The notes under the pieces were generated by a model. The model saw nothing but the letters and a program-made list of their open reading frames with translations. It was not told where the DNA came from and did no database searches. From a virus (taxonomy: Duplodnaviria > Caudoviricetes): a DNA stretch of 53,677 nucleotides. The translations under genes and the position numbers were made by a program. Each line of letters opens with the position of its first letter. Positions within the stretch are counted from its first letter, which is position 1. Positions 53,573-53,677 of the stretch are shown in pieces. The DNA is taken from positions 1 through 53,677 of the IMG/VR virus record IMGVR_UViG_3300020195_000033, one strand, 5' to 3'.

Positions 53573-53677
53573 CTAGTAGCAGACCATGATGACAATGCCA
53601 GCGCCGCCAGCGCCGCCAGCGCCGGATGCAGAACCGTTCAATGACGCGCCGCCGCCGCCGCCGCCGCCGCCGTAGAT
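53573..53677 (-). CDS. 3' end of the Gly-rich tail gene whose 5' part is at 1..867
   Basis: IYGGGGGGGGASLNGSASGAGGAGGAGIVIMVCY*. Confidence 0.8.
   Translation of the reverse strand: MYGGGGGGGGASLNGSASGAGGAGGAGIVIMVCY

Noticed and set aside
52620-53677. Near-identical 3' ends of the two Gly-rich genes as a DGR TR/VR pair
   Set aside because: No reverse transcriptase in the window; differences are mostly synonymous and not adenine-specific; ordinary paralogy explains it.
1-53677. Integrase/att site, CI repressor, DNA polymerase
   Set aside because: No tyrosine or serine recombinase, S24 peptidase-HTH or polymerase motifs seen in any ORF; lifestyle left undetermined.

Overview
This window is almost a whole ~53.8-kb circularly permuted tailed dsDNA phage (siphovirus-like) of a high-GC host, most likely an actinobacterium. 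A Gly-rich tail gene runs off the left end and resumes at the right end with about 30 codons missing. The minus strand carries terminase, a portal-MuF fusion, a prohead protease fused to two toxin-like domains, separate capsid hexamer- and pentamer-type proteins, head-tail, tail, tape-measure, fibre and lysis genes, then a long accessory/early region (ArdC, methyltransferases, RHH/HTH regulators, gp37/gp68, J-domain protein, RusA, replication initiator). A short plus-strand block encodes Gam-like, ASCH-like, helicase loader/inhibitor-like, AAA ATPase and HNH proteins. I found no integrase, DNA polymerase, tRNA or CRISPR array. The standout is a 269-aa intein in the MuF H-x-N|C-x-C motif. It has no endonuclease on its own strand, but the opposite strand carries a complete, RBS-equipped HTH-NUMOD3-Vsr/DUF559-type endonuclease gene overlapping it codon for codon. 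Second is an ART-like / protease / zeta-toxin-like head polyprotein with a duplicated leader motif, followed by a separately promoted candidate immunity gene. All family assignments come from reading motifs by eye; no database searches were run.
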